A stretch of DNA of 64,000 bases from Candidatus Binatia bacterium (GTDB lineage Bacteria > Desulfobacterota > Binatia > UBA12015): positions 40,374 to 104,373 of the forward strand of contig DASRFA010000050.1 of NCBI GenBank assembly GCA_035651755.1, given 5' to 3'. Under the pieces are notes generated by a model that was given only the letters and a program-made list of their open reading frames with translations, ran no database searches and had not been told where the DNA came from. The translations under genes and the position numbers were made by a program. This document shows, in pieces, positions 25,633 through 37,212 of the stretch (position 1 is the first letter of the stretch; every line of letters begins with the position of its first letter).

Positions 25633-27897
25633 TCAGCTCGCGCGCAGCGGCTCCGCGCCCGCGTGCGGAGCCTCTTCCGTCGCCGCCGGCACCCAGACCC
25701 GGAACGTCGATCCCCTCCCGAGGTCGCTCTCGACGGACACGGTCCCGCCCAGCATGTCGATGATGCGCCGGACGATGTAGAGGCCGAGGCCGACGCCGCC
25801 CTGCCGGCGCGCGGCGGTGTGCGCCTGGCGGAACGGCTCGAAGATGATCCCGAGCTGGTCGGGCGCGATGCCCATGCCGGTGTCGACGACGCGCAGCACG
25901 ACACCGTCGTCCTCCGGCGCCGCGCTCAGCGATACCGCCCCCTCGTCGGTGAACTTCAAGGCGTTCAGGACGAGGTTCCGCAGGACGACCTTCAGCTTCG
26001 CGGCGTCCGTCGTCACGTCCGGGAGAGCCGTCGCGACGTCGAATTGGAGAGCGACTGCGGGCGCGCGCTCGAGGTGCTCGAGCTCGACGGCGAGCTCGGC
26101 CACGAGATCGGAAATCGCGACGCGGGCCTGGCGGAGAGGCACGCGCCCGCTCTCGAGGCGGCTCAGGTCGAGGACGTCGCTGATGAGACGATGGAGCTCG
26201 CGGCTGCTCCGGCCGATGCGGTCGAGCACTTCTCCCTGCTCCCGGTCGAGGTCGCCGAACGCGCCTTCGCGCAGCAGGTCGCCGTAGCCGATGATCGCGT
26301 TCAGCGGCGTCCGGAGCTCGTGCGACATCATCGCCACGAACTCCGACTTCAAGCGGTTGGCCGCGTCGAGCTCGTCGACGATGCGGGCGTGCTCGAGGGC
26401 GAGCGACGCGAGCTGCGCGAGTCCCTGACCGATCCGGATCTCGCTCGTCTGGAAAGGTCCGTGCTCGGCCGAGCGCGACGCGACCAGAAGGCCCACGATC
26501 TCCGCGCCGCGGCGGAGGGCGACGACGAGCCGCGGGCCGACGCCGCCGCCGCGAGCGAGCGTGCCGAGCCCGGCCGCGCTCGCCTCCACCGTTCCGACGA
26601 GGGGCGCCACGCCTTCGTCGCCGAGCGGGCCGAGCGCGTCCGCGATCGCGCTTCCCGGGATCCGCACGAGCCCGAGCGCGTCGAGCTCGTCGGCCGGGAT
26701 GCCGTGCGCCGCGACCACCGAGAACGCCTGCTCGGCGGGTCGCCAGAGGAGCGTCTGCGCGATCTCGCACCCGAGGACCTCGGACGTGATGCGGCACAGG
26801 CGGTCCGTCAAGCCGGGAAGGTCGAGCGAGCCGAGGAGCTCGCGCCCGACGCGCGCCAGCGCTCCGAAGACCTCCGCCGCCTCGCGCTCCGTCCGGTAGA
26901 GCTCGACGCGCTCGAGCGCGACCGCGAGCTGCGATCCGATCGCGGTGCAGAGCTGGGCGTGACCATCGTCGAACGGGCGCCCCGGGGCCGCCCGGTACGC
27001 GCACAGCGATCCGAAGTACCGCCCGGGGACGCGGAGCGGCGCCGCGATGAGGGCGGAGAACCCGAAGCGGCGAGCGAGCTCGCGCATCGGCCCCGGCTGC
27101 GCGGCCGCGTCGTTCACGATCACCGCTCCCGAGTAGAGCCGGCCGTCGAAGGGCTCGGTCGCCCCGAACGAGAGATGCCGCACCTGCTCCACCGCCTCGG
27201 GCGACATGCCGAACTGCGACGCCAGCCGGAACCGCTCCTCGTCCGGGTTCCAGCGGTACGTGGTCACGATGTCGCAGGGCAGGACGGCCGCGATGCGCCG
27301 CTGCACGCGATCGAGGATCTCCGCGGGGTCGAGCGTGCTCGCGAGATCGCGCGCGACGTCGAGCAGGACGGCGGTCCTGTCCTCGGCGGCGCGGCGCTCG
27401 GTCACGTCGCGCGAGTGGATCACGAAGCCGCCGACGCCCTCGTCGGGGAGCGGATGGCTGCCGATCGATTCGATCACGCGCCAGGAGCCGTCGTTGTGCC
27501 GGTACCGGAACTCGAGCGTCGCGACGCGCCCCGGGTCGGTCAGGCCGTCGGCGAACGTCTCGAGGATGCGGCCGGCGTCGTCGGGATGGACGAGGTCGAA
27601 GGCGCCACGGCCGACGAGGTCGTCGGGGCGATAGCCGAGCACGCGCTCGTGCGACGGGCTCGCGTAGAGGATGATGCCGTTCGCGTCCAGGATCGAGACC
27701 AGGTCCAGACCGTTCTCGATCATGGCGCGGAAGTGGCGCTCCCCGAGCTGGAACGGGACTTTCCGCTCGGGAGCGGCAGTCGCGGGCTGCGCGGTGGCGG
27801 CCGCGCGCTCCGCGGGCTCGGCGACCGGATCCGGCATTGGATCCGGTATCGGATCCGGCATGCTCGGCGTGGGCCCGGGCTTCGACACGATGGGCAT
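25633..27897 (-). CDS. Cytoplasmic PAS-GAF-GAF sensor histidine kinase.
   Basis: The PAS core is ...LDANGIILYASPSHERVLGY.... Two GAF-like blocks follow, then the H-box MMSHELRTPLNAIIGY, then HATPase motifs (NLVLNALKFT, DTGMGI, GGVGLGLYIV). The N-terminus encodes MPDPIPDPMPDP. Confidence 0.9.
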   Translation of the reverse strand: MPIVSKPGPTPSMPDPIPDPMPDPVAEPAERAAATAQPATAAPERKVPFQLGERHFRAMIENGLDLVSILDANGIILYASPSHERVLGYRPDDLVGRGAFDLVHPDDAGRILETFADGLTDPGRVATLEFRYRHNDGSWRVIESIGSHPLPDEGVGGFVIHSRDVTERRAAEDRTAVLLDVARDLASTLDPAEILDRVQRRIAAVLPCDIVTTYRWNPDEERFRLASQFGMSPEAVEQVRHLSFGATEPFDGRLYSGAVIVNDAAAQPGPMRELARRFGFSALIAAPLRVPGRYFGSLCAYRAAPGRPFDDGHAQLCTAIGSQLAVALERVELYRTEREAAEVFGALARVGRELLGSLDLPGLTDRLCRITSEVLGCEIAQTLLWRPAEQAFSVVAAHGIPADELDALGLVRIPGSAIADALGPLGDEGVAPLVGTVEASAAGLGTLARGGGVGPRLVVALRRGAEIVGLLVASRSAEHGPFQTSEIRIGQGLAQLASLALEHARIVDELDAANRLKSEFVAMMSHELRTPLNAIIGYGDLLREGAFGDLDREQGEVLDRIGRSSRELHRLISDVLDLSRLESGRVPLRQARVAISDLVAELAVELEHLERAPAVALQFDVATALPDVTTDAAKLKVVLRNLVLNALKFTDEGAVSLSAAPEDDGVVLRVVDTGMGIAPDQLGIIFEPFRQAHTAARRQGGVGLGLYIVRRIIDMLGGTVSVESDLGRGSTFRVWVPAATEEAPHAGAEPLRAS

Positions 27898-28044
27898 TCC
27901 TCGGCGCCTGGCGCCGCCCCGAGCCCCGACGCGCCTTTCCGGATCATCGGCCGCCGAGGCGCGTCAGTTGACGGCGCGTCGGCCATCGCGCCGTCCCGGG
28001 CGAGCGCGATACCCGGCGGCGTCCGCCGATCGCGGGACGACGGA

Positions 28045-28884
28045 TCAGTCGTACCAGTCGAGCGCCTGGCGCATGGCCTGCTCGTAGGCCTCGAACTCCA
28101 TCCCGCGGTAGGCGCCCGCGATCATCTTCGCGTCGTCCCCCGCGAGGTAGCGGAGCTTCGGCTCGGGATCGTGGACGGCGCGGTGGATCAGCTGCGCGAC
28201 GTCGTCGGGCCCCGGCGCCTCGCCGCCCGGGACGAGGCGCTTGACGACCTCGTCGAACTGGCTGGAGCGCTCCCAGTAGGGCGATTGCGGCGTGAAGGCG
28301 CGGCCGGTGTAGGCGTTGTCGAGCAGCTGCGTGCGGTACTGCCCGGGCTCGATCAGCACGACGCGGATGCCGAACGGCTGCACCTCGTAGTGAAGGGCCT
28401 CGGAGATCGCCTCGAGTGCGTGCTTGCTCGCGGCGTAGAACCCGCCGAACGGCCGCGAGACGAGCCCCGCGATCGACGAAACGTTCACGATCGTCCCGGA
28501 CCGCCGCTCGCGCATCGCGGGCAGGACTGCCCGGATCGTCCGGAGCGGCCCGAAGACGTTCGTCTCGAACTGGCGGCGGACGTCTTCCTCGCTCGCATCC
28601 TCGATGGACGACCGGAGCTCGATGCCGGCGTTGTTGATGAGCACGTCGATCGGCCCGGAGCTCGCGGTCGCCTCGCGGATCGCCGACTGGACGAGCGCGG
28701 GGTCCTCGACGTCGAGGCGCAGGACGCGCAGCGGGAGGTCCGCGCGCTCGGCGACCTCCGTCAAGTCGCGTCCCTTCTCTGGCGATCGCATGGTCGCGAA
28801 CACACGGTCGCCGCGGCGGGCGAAGAGCAGGGCGGTGGCGCGGCCGAAGCCGGTCGAGCAGCCGGTGATGAGGACGTTCTTCAT
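28045..28884 (-). CDS. SDR family oxidoreductase.
   Basis: MKNVLITGCSTGFGRATA, NNAG, and the YAASKHAL catalytic motif. Internal ATG of ORF 28045..28932. Confidence 0.85.
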   Translation of the reverse strand: MKNVLITGCSTGFGRATALLFARRGDRVFATMRSPEKGRDLTEVAERADLPLRVLRLDVEDPALVQSAIREATASSGPIDVLINNAGIELRSSIEDASEEDVRRQFETNVFGPLRTIRAVLPAMRERRSGTIVNVSSIAGLVSRPFGGFYAASKHALEAISEALHYEVQPFGIRVVLIEPGQYRTQLLDNAYTGRAFTPQSPYWERSSQFDEVVKRLVPGGEAPGPDDVAQLIHRAVHDPEPKLRYLAGDDAKMIAGAYRGMEFEAYEQAMRQALDWYD

Positions 28885-29025
28885 GCGGGCTATCATAGCG
28901 AGGGGATCTTCCCCTCGCCCGAGTCGCGGCAAAGCCGCGACCAGGGTCCCACTCCCCAGGTCGCTCCGCTCGCGCGGTACGCGCGGGCGCTGCGCCGCGC
29001 ATGCGGCCGTTACGAGACCCCGCCC

Positions 29026-30108
29026 TCAGCCGCGCACCGCGGCGAGCACGCGCAGGAAGTTCTCTCCGAGGATCTTCCGGATGCGCACGTCCGACCAGCC
29101 GCGGTCGAGCATGTGCTGCACGAGGCGCGGAAGCTCGAGGCAGGTCTTCATGTCGGTCGGAGGCATGATCGTGCCGTCCCAGTCGCTGCCGAGCGACGCG
29201 TGGTCTTCGCCGACCGTGTCGACGATGTGCGCGAGGTGGTCGACGACGACCGACGACCGGCACGACGACGAGCCGCAGAGGAAGCTCGAGTGGTACATGA
29301 CGCCGATCGTCCCGCCGCTGTCGGCGATCGCGCGCAGCTGCTCGTCGTCGAGGTTCCGCCAGTGCGGGTGGACGCCGCTCACCCCGGTGTGCGTGACGAC
29401 GAGCGGGCGCGAGCGGTCGTGCGCCTCGACCGCGTCGAAGAAGCCGCGGCGGCTGACGTGCGCGAGGTCGACCAGCACGCGCCGCGCCTCGAGCGCGCGC
29501 ACCATCTCGCGGCCGGCGCCCGTCAAGCCGGTGTCCGGGCCGCGGCGCGTGGGGGCGCTGGTCGCGCCCAGGCTCGACGACGAGAGGTGGACGAGCGTGA
29601 CGCGGACGACGAGATCGTCCACGAGAAGGTCGAGCGCGGACGGGTCGCGGTCGATCGCGTTGCCGCCCTGGATGCCGACGAACGCCCCGTGCTTGCCGGC
29701 GGCGCGCGCGGCCCGGTACTCGGCGGCGCTCCGCACGAGGGCGAACTGCTCCGGGACCGACGCGAAGATCCCGCGCAGGCGCGCGAGGTTCGCCGCGAAC
29801 GCGCGCCCGCGGCCGGCGGCCGACCGGAGCGGGTTCGTCGTGATGCTCCAGATCGCTCCCGTCACCCCGGCCTCCAGGATGCGCGGGAAGTCGACCTGCG
29901 AGAGGAAGTCGCCGCCGAAGAGGCCGGCGCCGTGGCGGGTGCGGAGGTCGTAGCCGAAGACGCGCGTCCAGATGAACGAGTCGACGTGCAGGTCGATCAC
30001 GTCGGACGCGAGATGAAGCTGTACGGCCTCGGTCGAGATCGCGAGGTCGCGCGCCCACGCGTCGGGGTGCGAGCGGTGGTCGACGACGGCGAGGCGCACG
30101 CGGCGCAT
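29026..30108 (-). CDS. Membrane dipeptidase (peptidase M19, renal-dipeptidase family).
   Basis: The HLD...DSF...HLSSSS...H(T)G...GSDWDG pattern across 360 aa. Internal ATG of ORF 29026..30162. Confidence 0.8.
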   Translation of the reverse strand: MRRVRLAVVDHRSHPDAWARDLAISTEAVQLHLASDVIDLHVDSFIWTRVFGYDLRTRHGAGLFGGDFLSQVDFPRILEAGVTGAIWSITTNPLRSAAGRGRAFAANLARLRGIFASVPEQFALVRSAAEYRAARAAGKHGAFVGIQGGNAIDRDPSALDLLVDDLVVRVTLVHLSSSSLGATSAPTRRGPDTGLTGAGREMVRALEARRVLVDLAHVSRRGFFDAVEAHDRSRPLVVTHTGVSGVHPHWRNLDDEQLRAIADSGGTIGVMYHSSFLCGSSSCRSSVVVDHLAHIVDTVGEDHASLGSDWDGTIMPPTDMKTCLELPRLVQHMLDRGWSDVRIRKILGENFLRVLAAVRG

Positions 30109-30192
30109 GGTGTATGGGACTCGGCGCGGCGGCAAGCGCGGTGGGCGCTGCAGGCGTGCCACGCTTGAATCGCTTCAGCGCATCCGTCGTCA

Positions 30193-30894
30193 TTGCGGCT
30201 CGTGACCACGCTCGAGCCGCTCGCCCCCGACCTCTGGGTCGCCTCCCGGCCGCTTCCGATCGCCGTTGGCGACGTCGGCTGCCGCATGACGGTCGTCCGC
30301 CTCGCCGACGGCGGCCTCTGGCTGCACTCGCCGGTCGCGATCGACGCGGCCCTCCGCGACGCGGTCGCGGCGCTCGGCCCGGTGCGCTTCCTCGTCGCGC
30401 CGAACAAGGTCCACTCGCTCTTCTTCGAGGCGGCGGCCGCCGCCTGGCCCGACGCGCTCCGCTTCGGGGCGCCGGGGCTCGCGGAGAAGCGACCGCAGCT
30501 CGCCTTCCACGCGACCCTGGGTGACGACGCGCCGCCCGAGTGGCGCGGGCAGATCGATCAGCGCGTCGTCCGGGGGGCACCGGTCATGAACGAGGTCGCG
30601 TTCCTCCACCGCGCCTCGCGCACCCTCGTGCTGACCGACCTCGCGTTCAACGTGCCCGCCGGCAGGACTTCGGGCGCGCGGCTCTTCTACTGGCTCGTCG
30701 GGGCCGCCGGCCGCTTCGGCCCCCATCGCGTCGTCCGGCTCGGGATGCGCGATCGGCGCGCCGTGCGGCGTTCCGTGGATGCGATCCTCGCATGGGACTT
30801 CGACCGTGTGGTCGTTTCACACGGCGAGGTGCTGGCGAGCGGCGGGCGCGCCGCGATGGCTCGGGCGTTCGCGTTCCTCCCGCCGGCCGCTTGA
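30193..30894 (+). CDS. DUF4336-family protein, hypothetical.
   Basis: 233 aa: LWVASRPLPIAVGDVGCRMTVVRLADGGLWLHSPVA...VLTDLAFN. The start is a TTG at 30193, or a GTG at 30202. Confidence 0.7.
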   Translation: MRLVTTLEPLAPDLWVASRPLPIAVGDVGCRMTVVRLADGGLWLHSPVAIDAALRDAVAALGPVRFLVAPNKVHSLFFEAAAAAWPDALRFGAPGLAEKRPQLAFHATLGDDAPPEWRGQIDQRVVRGAPVMNEVAFLHRASRTLVLTDLAFNVPAGRTSGARLFYWLVGAAGRFGPHRVVRLGMRDRRAVRRSVDAILAWDFDRVVVSHGEVLASGGRAAMARAFAFLPPAA

Positions 30895-31203
30895 CGCTTG
30901 CGATGGGGGCGGGCCGTTGCCGATCGCCAGCCGCTCGCAGCGCTCGGCGAGCTCGCGGAGCGGCAGCCGGGGCCCGGCCGACTCGACGAGCGCGACGAGG
31001 CTCCCGAGCGGCGATGCCGGCTCCACGGACGCGGAGGACCAGCAGCGCCGGAGCGCCCGCAAGACGGCCGCGACCTCACGCTCGGCCGCGCGTCGGTCGG
31101 CGAGCTCCTCCGCGAGCCGATCGAGGAGCGCGAGCAAGGTCGGACGCGCGCGCGCCTGCAAGGCCGAGCGCTCGAGGCGCTCGTGGAAATCCATCGCCTG
31201 CAT
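30817..31203 (-). CDS. Possible small helical protein downstream of corA, very tentative.
   Basis: The ORF has ATG-initiated, protein-like composition (MQAMDFHERLERSALQARARPTLLALLDRLAEELADRRAAEREVAAVLRALRR...). Its 3' end overlaps the convergent DUF4336 gene by about 78 bp, which argues against the call. Confidence 0.25.
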   Translation of the reverse strand: MQAMDFHERLERSALQARARPTLLALLDRLAEELADRRAAEREVAAVLRALRRCWSSASVEPASPLGSLVALVESAGPRLPLRELAERCERLAIGNGPPPSQASSGRREERERPSHRGAPAARQHLAV

Positions 31204-31275
31204 GCCCAGCGTTCCTAGCGCCGGTAGGTGACGGCCTGATGACGCGGCGATGATCGTTGGCGGACCGAATGCGCT

Positions 31276-34034
<2,759 letters not shown>

Positions 34035-34102
34035 TCAGAGACGCGAGGCCCGATCCGCCGTGGACCGGCCGAAGGAGGCGACGCCGAGAAGCGCCGGGGG
34101 CC

Positions 34103-34143
34103 AGAAACAGAAAACCCCCTCCGGCCGGATCGGCGGGAGAGGG
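34103..34143 (-). terminator. Intrinsic terminator hairpin plus U-tract in the leuA 5' leader, the attenuator terminator.
   Basis: Minus-strand RNA: CCCUCUCC-C-GCCG-AUC-CGGC-C-GGAGGGGG followed by UUUUCUGUUUCU, about 100 nt upstream of the leuA ATG. Read directly from the sequence. Confidence 0.6.
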
Positions 34144-34168
34144 CTTCGCGTCGCTCTATTCTTCGGGG

Positions 34169-34246
34169 CTACGCGCGACGAGCCTCTCCCGCCCTGCGAA
34201 GGAGCAGGCCGAGGAGGCCGAGCCGGGTGATCGCGCGCGTTGCCAC
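34169..34246 (-). CDS. Putative leuA leader peptide of 25 codons with six Leu, including the run LGLLGLLL.
   Basis: GTG-initiated frame MATRAITRLGLLGLLLRRAGEARRA* ends 25 nt before the terminator hairpin. The segment GGCGGGAGAGGC near its stop codon is complementary to the terminator 5' arm GCCCUCUCCCGCC, i.e. a candidate antiterminator. Confidence 0.45.
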   Translation of the reverse strand: MATRAITRLGLLGLLLRRAGEARRA

Positions 34247-34362
34247 GATGGGGCGTCGATATGGGACCGGCGCCGACGAGTCAAGCGGTTTCCGTCGCGA
34301 CCGCGTCGCTCTAGACTCATCCGACCGCCGGGGAGCCGGCCCGGCGCGTAGCCGGAGGGCGA

Positions 34363-35487
34363 TTGCAGGCAGACCGACGCAAGCCGATTCGGGACGTGAG
34401 GCCGCGATCGCGCGAGGCGGCGGCGCGCGCCGCGCAGCGCCGCGCGGCGTTCTGGGTCGCGCTCCTCGTCGGCCTCGGCATCCTCCTCTGGCTGCTGGGG
34501 TCGATCCTCCTGCCGTTCGTGCTCGGCATGGCGATCGCCTACTTCCTGAGCCCTCTCATCCAGCAGCTCGAGCAGCGGGGCATCTCCCGCACGATCGCCG
34601 CCGGCGGGCTCGTCGTCGGCTTCATCGTCGTCACGGGCGTCGCGCTCGTCTTCCTGGTTCCGCTCGTCGTGGAGCAGGTGACCGCGCTCGTGCAGCGCCT
34701 GCCCGACCTCGTGGCCTGGTTGCGCCAGTCGCTCCTGCCGATCGTCGCCCGGTTCGCCGGACGCTTCGGGCTCCGCATCGCGCCGGTGGTCTCGCAGCCG
34801 TCGCCCGAGATGGTGCAGCGGGTCGCGGGATTCGTGAGCGGGCTCGCGACGGGCCTCCTGAGCGGGGGCCTCGCGCTCGTGAACGCGCTCGCGCTCCTCG
34901 CGATCACACCCGTGGTCGCGTTCTACCTCCTGCGCGACTGGCCGAAGATCGTGCGCGACGTCGATTCGTGGCTCCCGCGCGACCACGCCGACACGATCCG
35001 CGAGCAGATGCGCGCGATCGACGGCGTGCTCGCCGGCTTCGCGCGCGGTGCCGCGCTCGTCTGCCTGGTGCTGGGGGCGTTCTACGCGGTCGCGCTGACG
35101 CTCGCCGGGCTCGAGTTCGGGCTCCTGATCGGGCTCGCCGCGGGAGCGATCTCGTTCATCCCGTATCTCGGGGTGATCGTCGGCTTCACGACGTCGGTCG
35201 GCGTCGCGCTGTATCAGTTCTGGGGCGACTGGGGGTGGATCGCCCTGGTCGCGGGCATCTTCGTCGCCGGTCAGATCCTCCAGGACTACTTCTTGACGCC
35301 GCGTCTCGTCGGCGAGAAGGTCGGTCTGCACCCGCTCTGGGTCATCTTCGGCGTGCTCGCCGGCGGCGTGCTGTTCGGATTCGTCGGCGTCCTGCTCGCG
35401 GTGCCGGCGTGCGCGGTGATCGGCGTCGTCGTCCGCTTCGCGATCGCGCGCTACAAGGACTCGGAGGTCTACCTCGGCGAGGAGTGA
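34363..35487 (+). CDS. AI-2E family transporter (PerM/YdiK-like permease).
   Basis: 374 aa with about eight TM helices and a family-typical pattern (ILLPFVLGMAIAYFLSPL..., ISFIPYLG). The TTG start is uncertain. Confidence 0.85.
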   Translation: MQADRRKPIRDVRPRSREAAARAAQRRAAFWVALLVGLGILLWLLGSILLPFVLGMAIAYFLSPLIQQLEQRGISRTIAAGGLVVGFIVVTGVALVFLVPLVVEQVTALVQRLPDLVAWLRQSLLPIVARFAGRFGLRIAPVVSQPSPEMVQRVAGFVSGLATGLLSGGLALVNALALLAITPVVAFYLLRDWPKIVRDVDSWLPRDHADTIREQMRAIDGVLAGFARGAALVCLVLGAFYAVALTLAGLEFGLLIGLAAGAISFIPYLGVIVGFTTSVGVALYQFWGDWGWIALVAGIFVAGQILQDYFLTPRLVGEKVGLHPLWVIFGVLAGGVLFGFVGVLLAVPACAVIGVVVRFAIARYKDSEVYLGEE

Positions 35488-35511
35488 CGGCGGCGCTCGC
35501 CCGCGAACCGG

Positions 35512-36669
35512 CTATTGTCCCGGTACGCCGTCCGTGCCGGGCTTGAAGCGGAAGATCTGGTACGGCGCGTGCGCGTCGACGTTCGAGCGCGGCTGGAAGA
35601 TCACCTCCTGCAGCGAGCTGCACGTGAAGTAGAGCCAGCCGCCCGGTCCGAAGCTGAAGCCGTCGGGCCAGCGGATGCGATCGCTCTTGAGGAGCGTCTT
35701 CAGCTCCCCCTGGCGGTCGAGGCGATGGATCGCGTCGTGCTCCATGTCGCTCAGGTACACCTGGTCCTGCGCGTCGATCGTGATGCCGTCGCTCATCGGC
35801 TTCTCCGCGAAGACCTCGATGCGATGGGAGAGGTCGTCGTTCGAGAGCGACTCGTCGTCGAGGTCGCGCGCTCGGATGCGGTAGAGGAGGGTCGACGTGA
35901 CGGGCGCGAAGTAGAGCCACTCGCCGCGCTTGTCGAGCGCGATCGAGTCGACGTTCGGGCGCACCGTGAACACGCCGAGCACGACCATGTCGCGGCCGCG
36001 GACGCGCGTGACGTACGGCATCGCCTGCACCGCCGGGTGCGCTTCGAGGAGCCGGCGCGCGCGGCGGCGCTCGACGTCGTAGGTCACGATCGCGCCGCGG
36101 TTCCGGAAGATGCTCGCGTCCGCGATGTAGATGCGGTTCGCGTCGGGCGAGATCTGGCAGTCGTTCAGCATCGATCCGAGGCCCGCGACGTCGCTCGGGA
36201 ACTCGAACTCGTGCACGAGGCGGTTCGTCGCGAGGTCGAACGCGAGGAGCTTCGGCGCGCCCGCGCCGTGGCGGGCGTAGTCGAGGACCCAGAGGCGATC
36301 CTTCGCGTCGATGCGGAGCGCGAGCGGGGTGTCGAAGGACGGGCCGTCGTCGCGCGGCTTCTGCGAGGCGGCGTCGGGGTACGGCACCGGCTTGCCGTCG
36401 ACGAGCTCGGCGACCTTCACGTCCGGGCCCGCCTCGGGATGGAACGTGAAGAAGACGCGCCCCGATCGCGACACCGCGACGTTCCCGGGCGGCAGCGGAA
36501 GGTCGGCGACCGTCTCGAGCGCCGACTCCGGCAGCGCGGGATCGGTCGTCCAGCGGTCCTCGAGGTGCGAGCCGCCGCCGTGGCGCAGGCGCACCACGAG
36601 CAGGAACATCGCGGCGACGGCGGCGATCGCGAGCAGGACGCGTCCGAGGATTGTGAGAGCGCGCTTCAT
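35512..36669 (-). CDS. Major royal jelly/yellow-related (MRJP) β-propeller protein with an N-terminal membrane anchor or signal.
   Basis: MKRALTILGRVLLAIAAVAAMFLLVV, then SMLNDCQISPDANRIYIADASIFRNRGAIVTYD and other MRJP-like blocks. GGAGGAG RBS. Internal ATG of ORF 35512..36882. Confidence 0.75.
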   Translation of the reverse strand: MKRALTILGRVLLAIAAVAAMFLLVVRLRHGGGSHLEDRWTTDPALPESALETVADLPLPPGNVAVSRSGRVFFTFHPEAGPDVKVAELVDGKPVPYPDAASQKPRDDGPSFDTPLALRIDAKDRLWVLDYARHGAGAPKLLAFDLATNRLVHEFEFPSDVAGLGSMLNDCQISPDANRIYIADASIFRNRGAIVTYDVERRRARRLLEAHPAVQAMPYVTRVRGRDMVVLGVFTVRPNVDSIALDKRGEWLYFAPVTSTLLYRIRARDLDDESLSNDDLSHRIEVFAEKPMSDGITIDAQDQVYLSDMEHDAIHRLDRQGELKTLLKSDRIRWPDGFSFGPGGWLYFTCSSLQEVIFQPRSNVDAHAPYQIFRFKPGTDGVPGQ

Positions 36670-36746
36670 CGCTCCTCCGGCCGACGCACGTGGCGCCGGG
36701 TGCGCGACCCTTGCATCCCTCGGCGGTCGCGGACAAGACTCGCCGG

Positions 36747-37205
36747 ATGACGCATCACCCAGGCGAGCGCCGTCGGTCGGCTCTGGCCGTCGCGCTGATC
36801 CTCGCGCTCTCCACTCTCCCCGCGTGCTCGTTCGTCGACAGCTCCGCGAGCATCTCGCAGTCGATCGGCGCGAGCTTCGCATCGAGCTCGGCGAGCTCGC
36901 GCAGCTCCTCTCCGGGCGACGACCAGACCGCCTACAAGAACGACGTCCGCGACTACACCTACGCGTACGTGCGCTCGACGAAGAGCGCCGGGGACTTCGA
37001 ACGCGGCCTCGCCGGGGTCGCGGAGAAGCACGGCATCTCGAACTGGCAGAGCGACCAGACGACCTGGGTCGGGATCGGCGAAGGGCTCGCGAAGGCGCGC
37101 GTCAACCATACCGAGCTCGAGGTGTTCAAGAAGAACCTCGCCGACTCGGACCCCGATCACATGACCGACATCCAGCGCGGCTACGACGCGTACCGGCCGG
37201 CCTGA
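36747..37205 (+). CDS. Lipoprotein, hypothetical.
   Basis: MTHHPGERRRSALAVALILALSTLPACS has a lipobox. 152 aa. Internal ATG of ORF 36690..37205. Confidence 0.65.
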   Translation: MTHHPGERRRSALAVALILALSTLPACSFVDSSASISQSIGASFASSSASSRSSSPGDDQTAYKNDVRDYTYAYVRSTKSAGDFERGLAGVAEKHGISNWQSDQTTWVGIGEGLAKARVNHTELEVFKKNLADSDPDHMTDIQRGYDAYRPA

Positions 37206-37212
37206 GGTCGGG

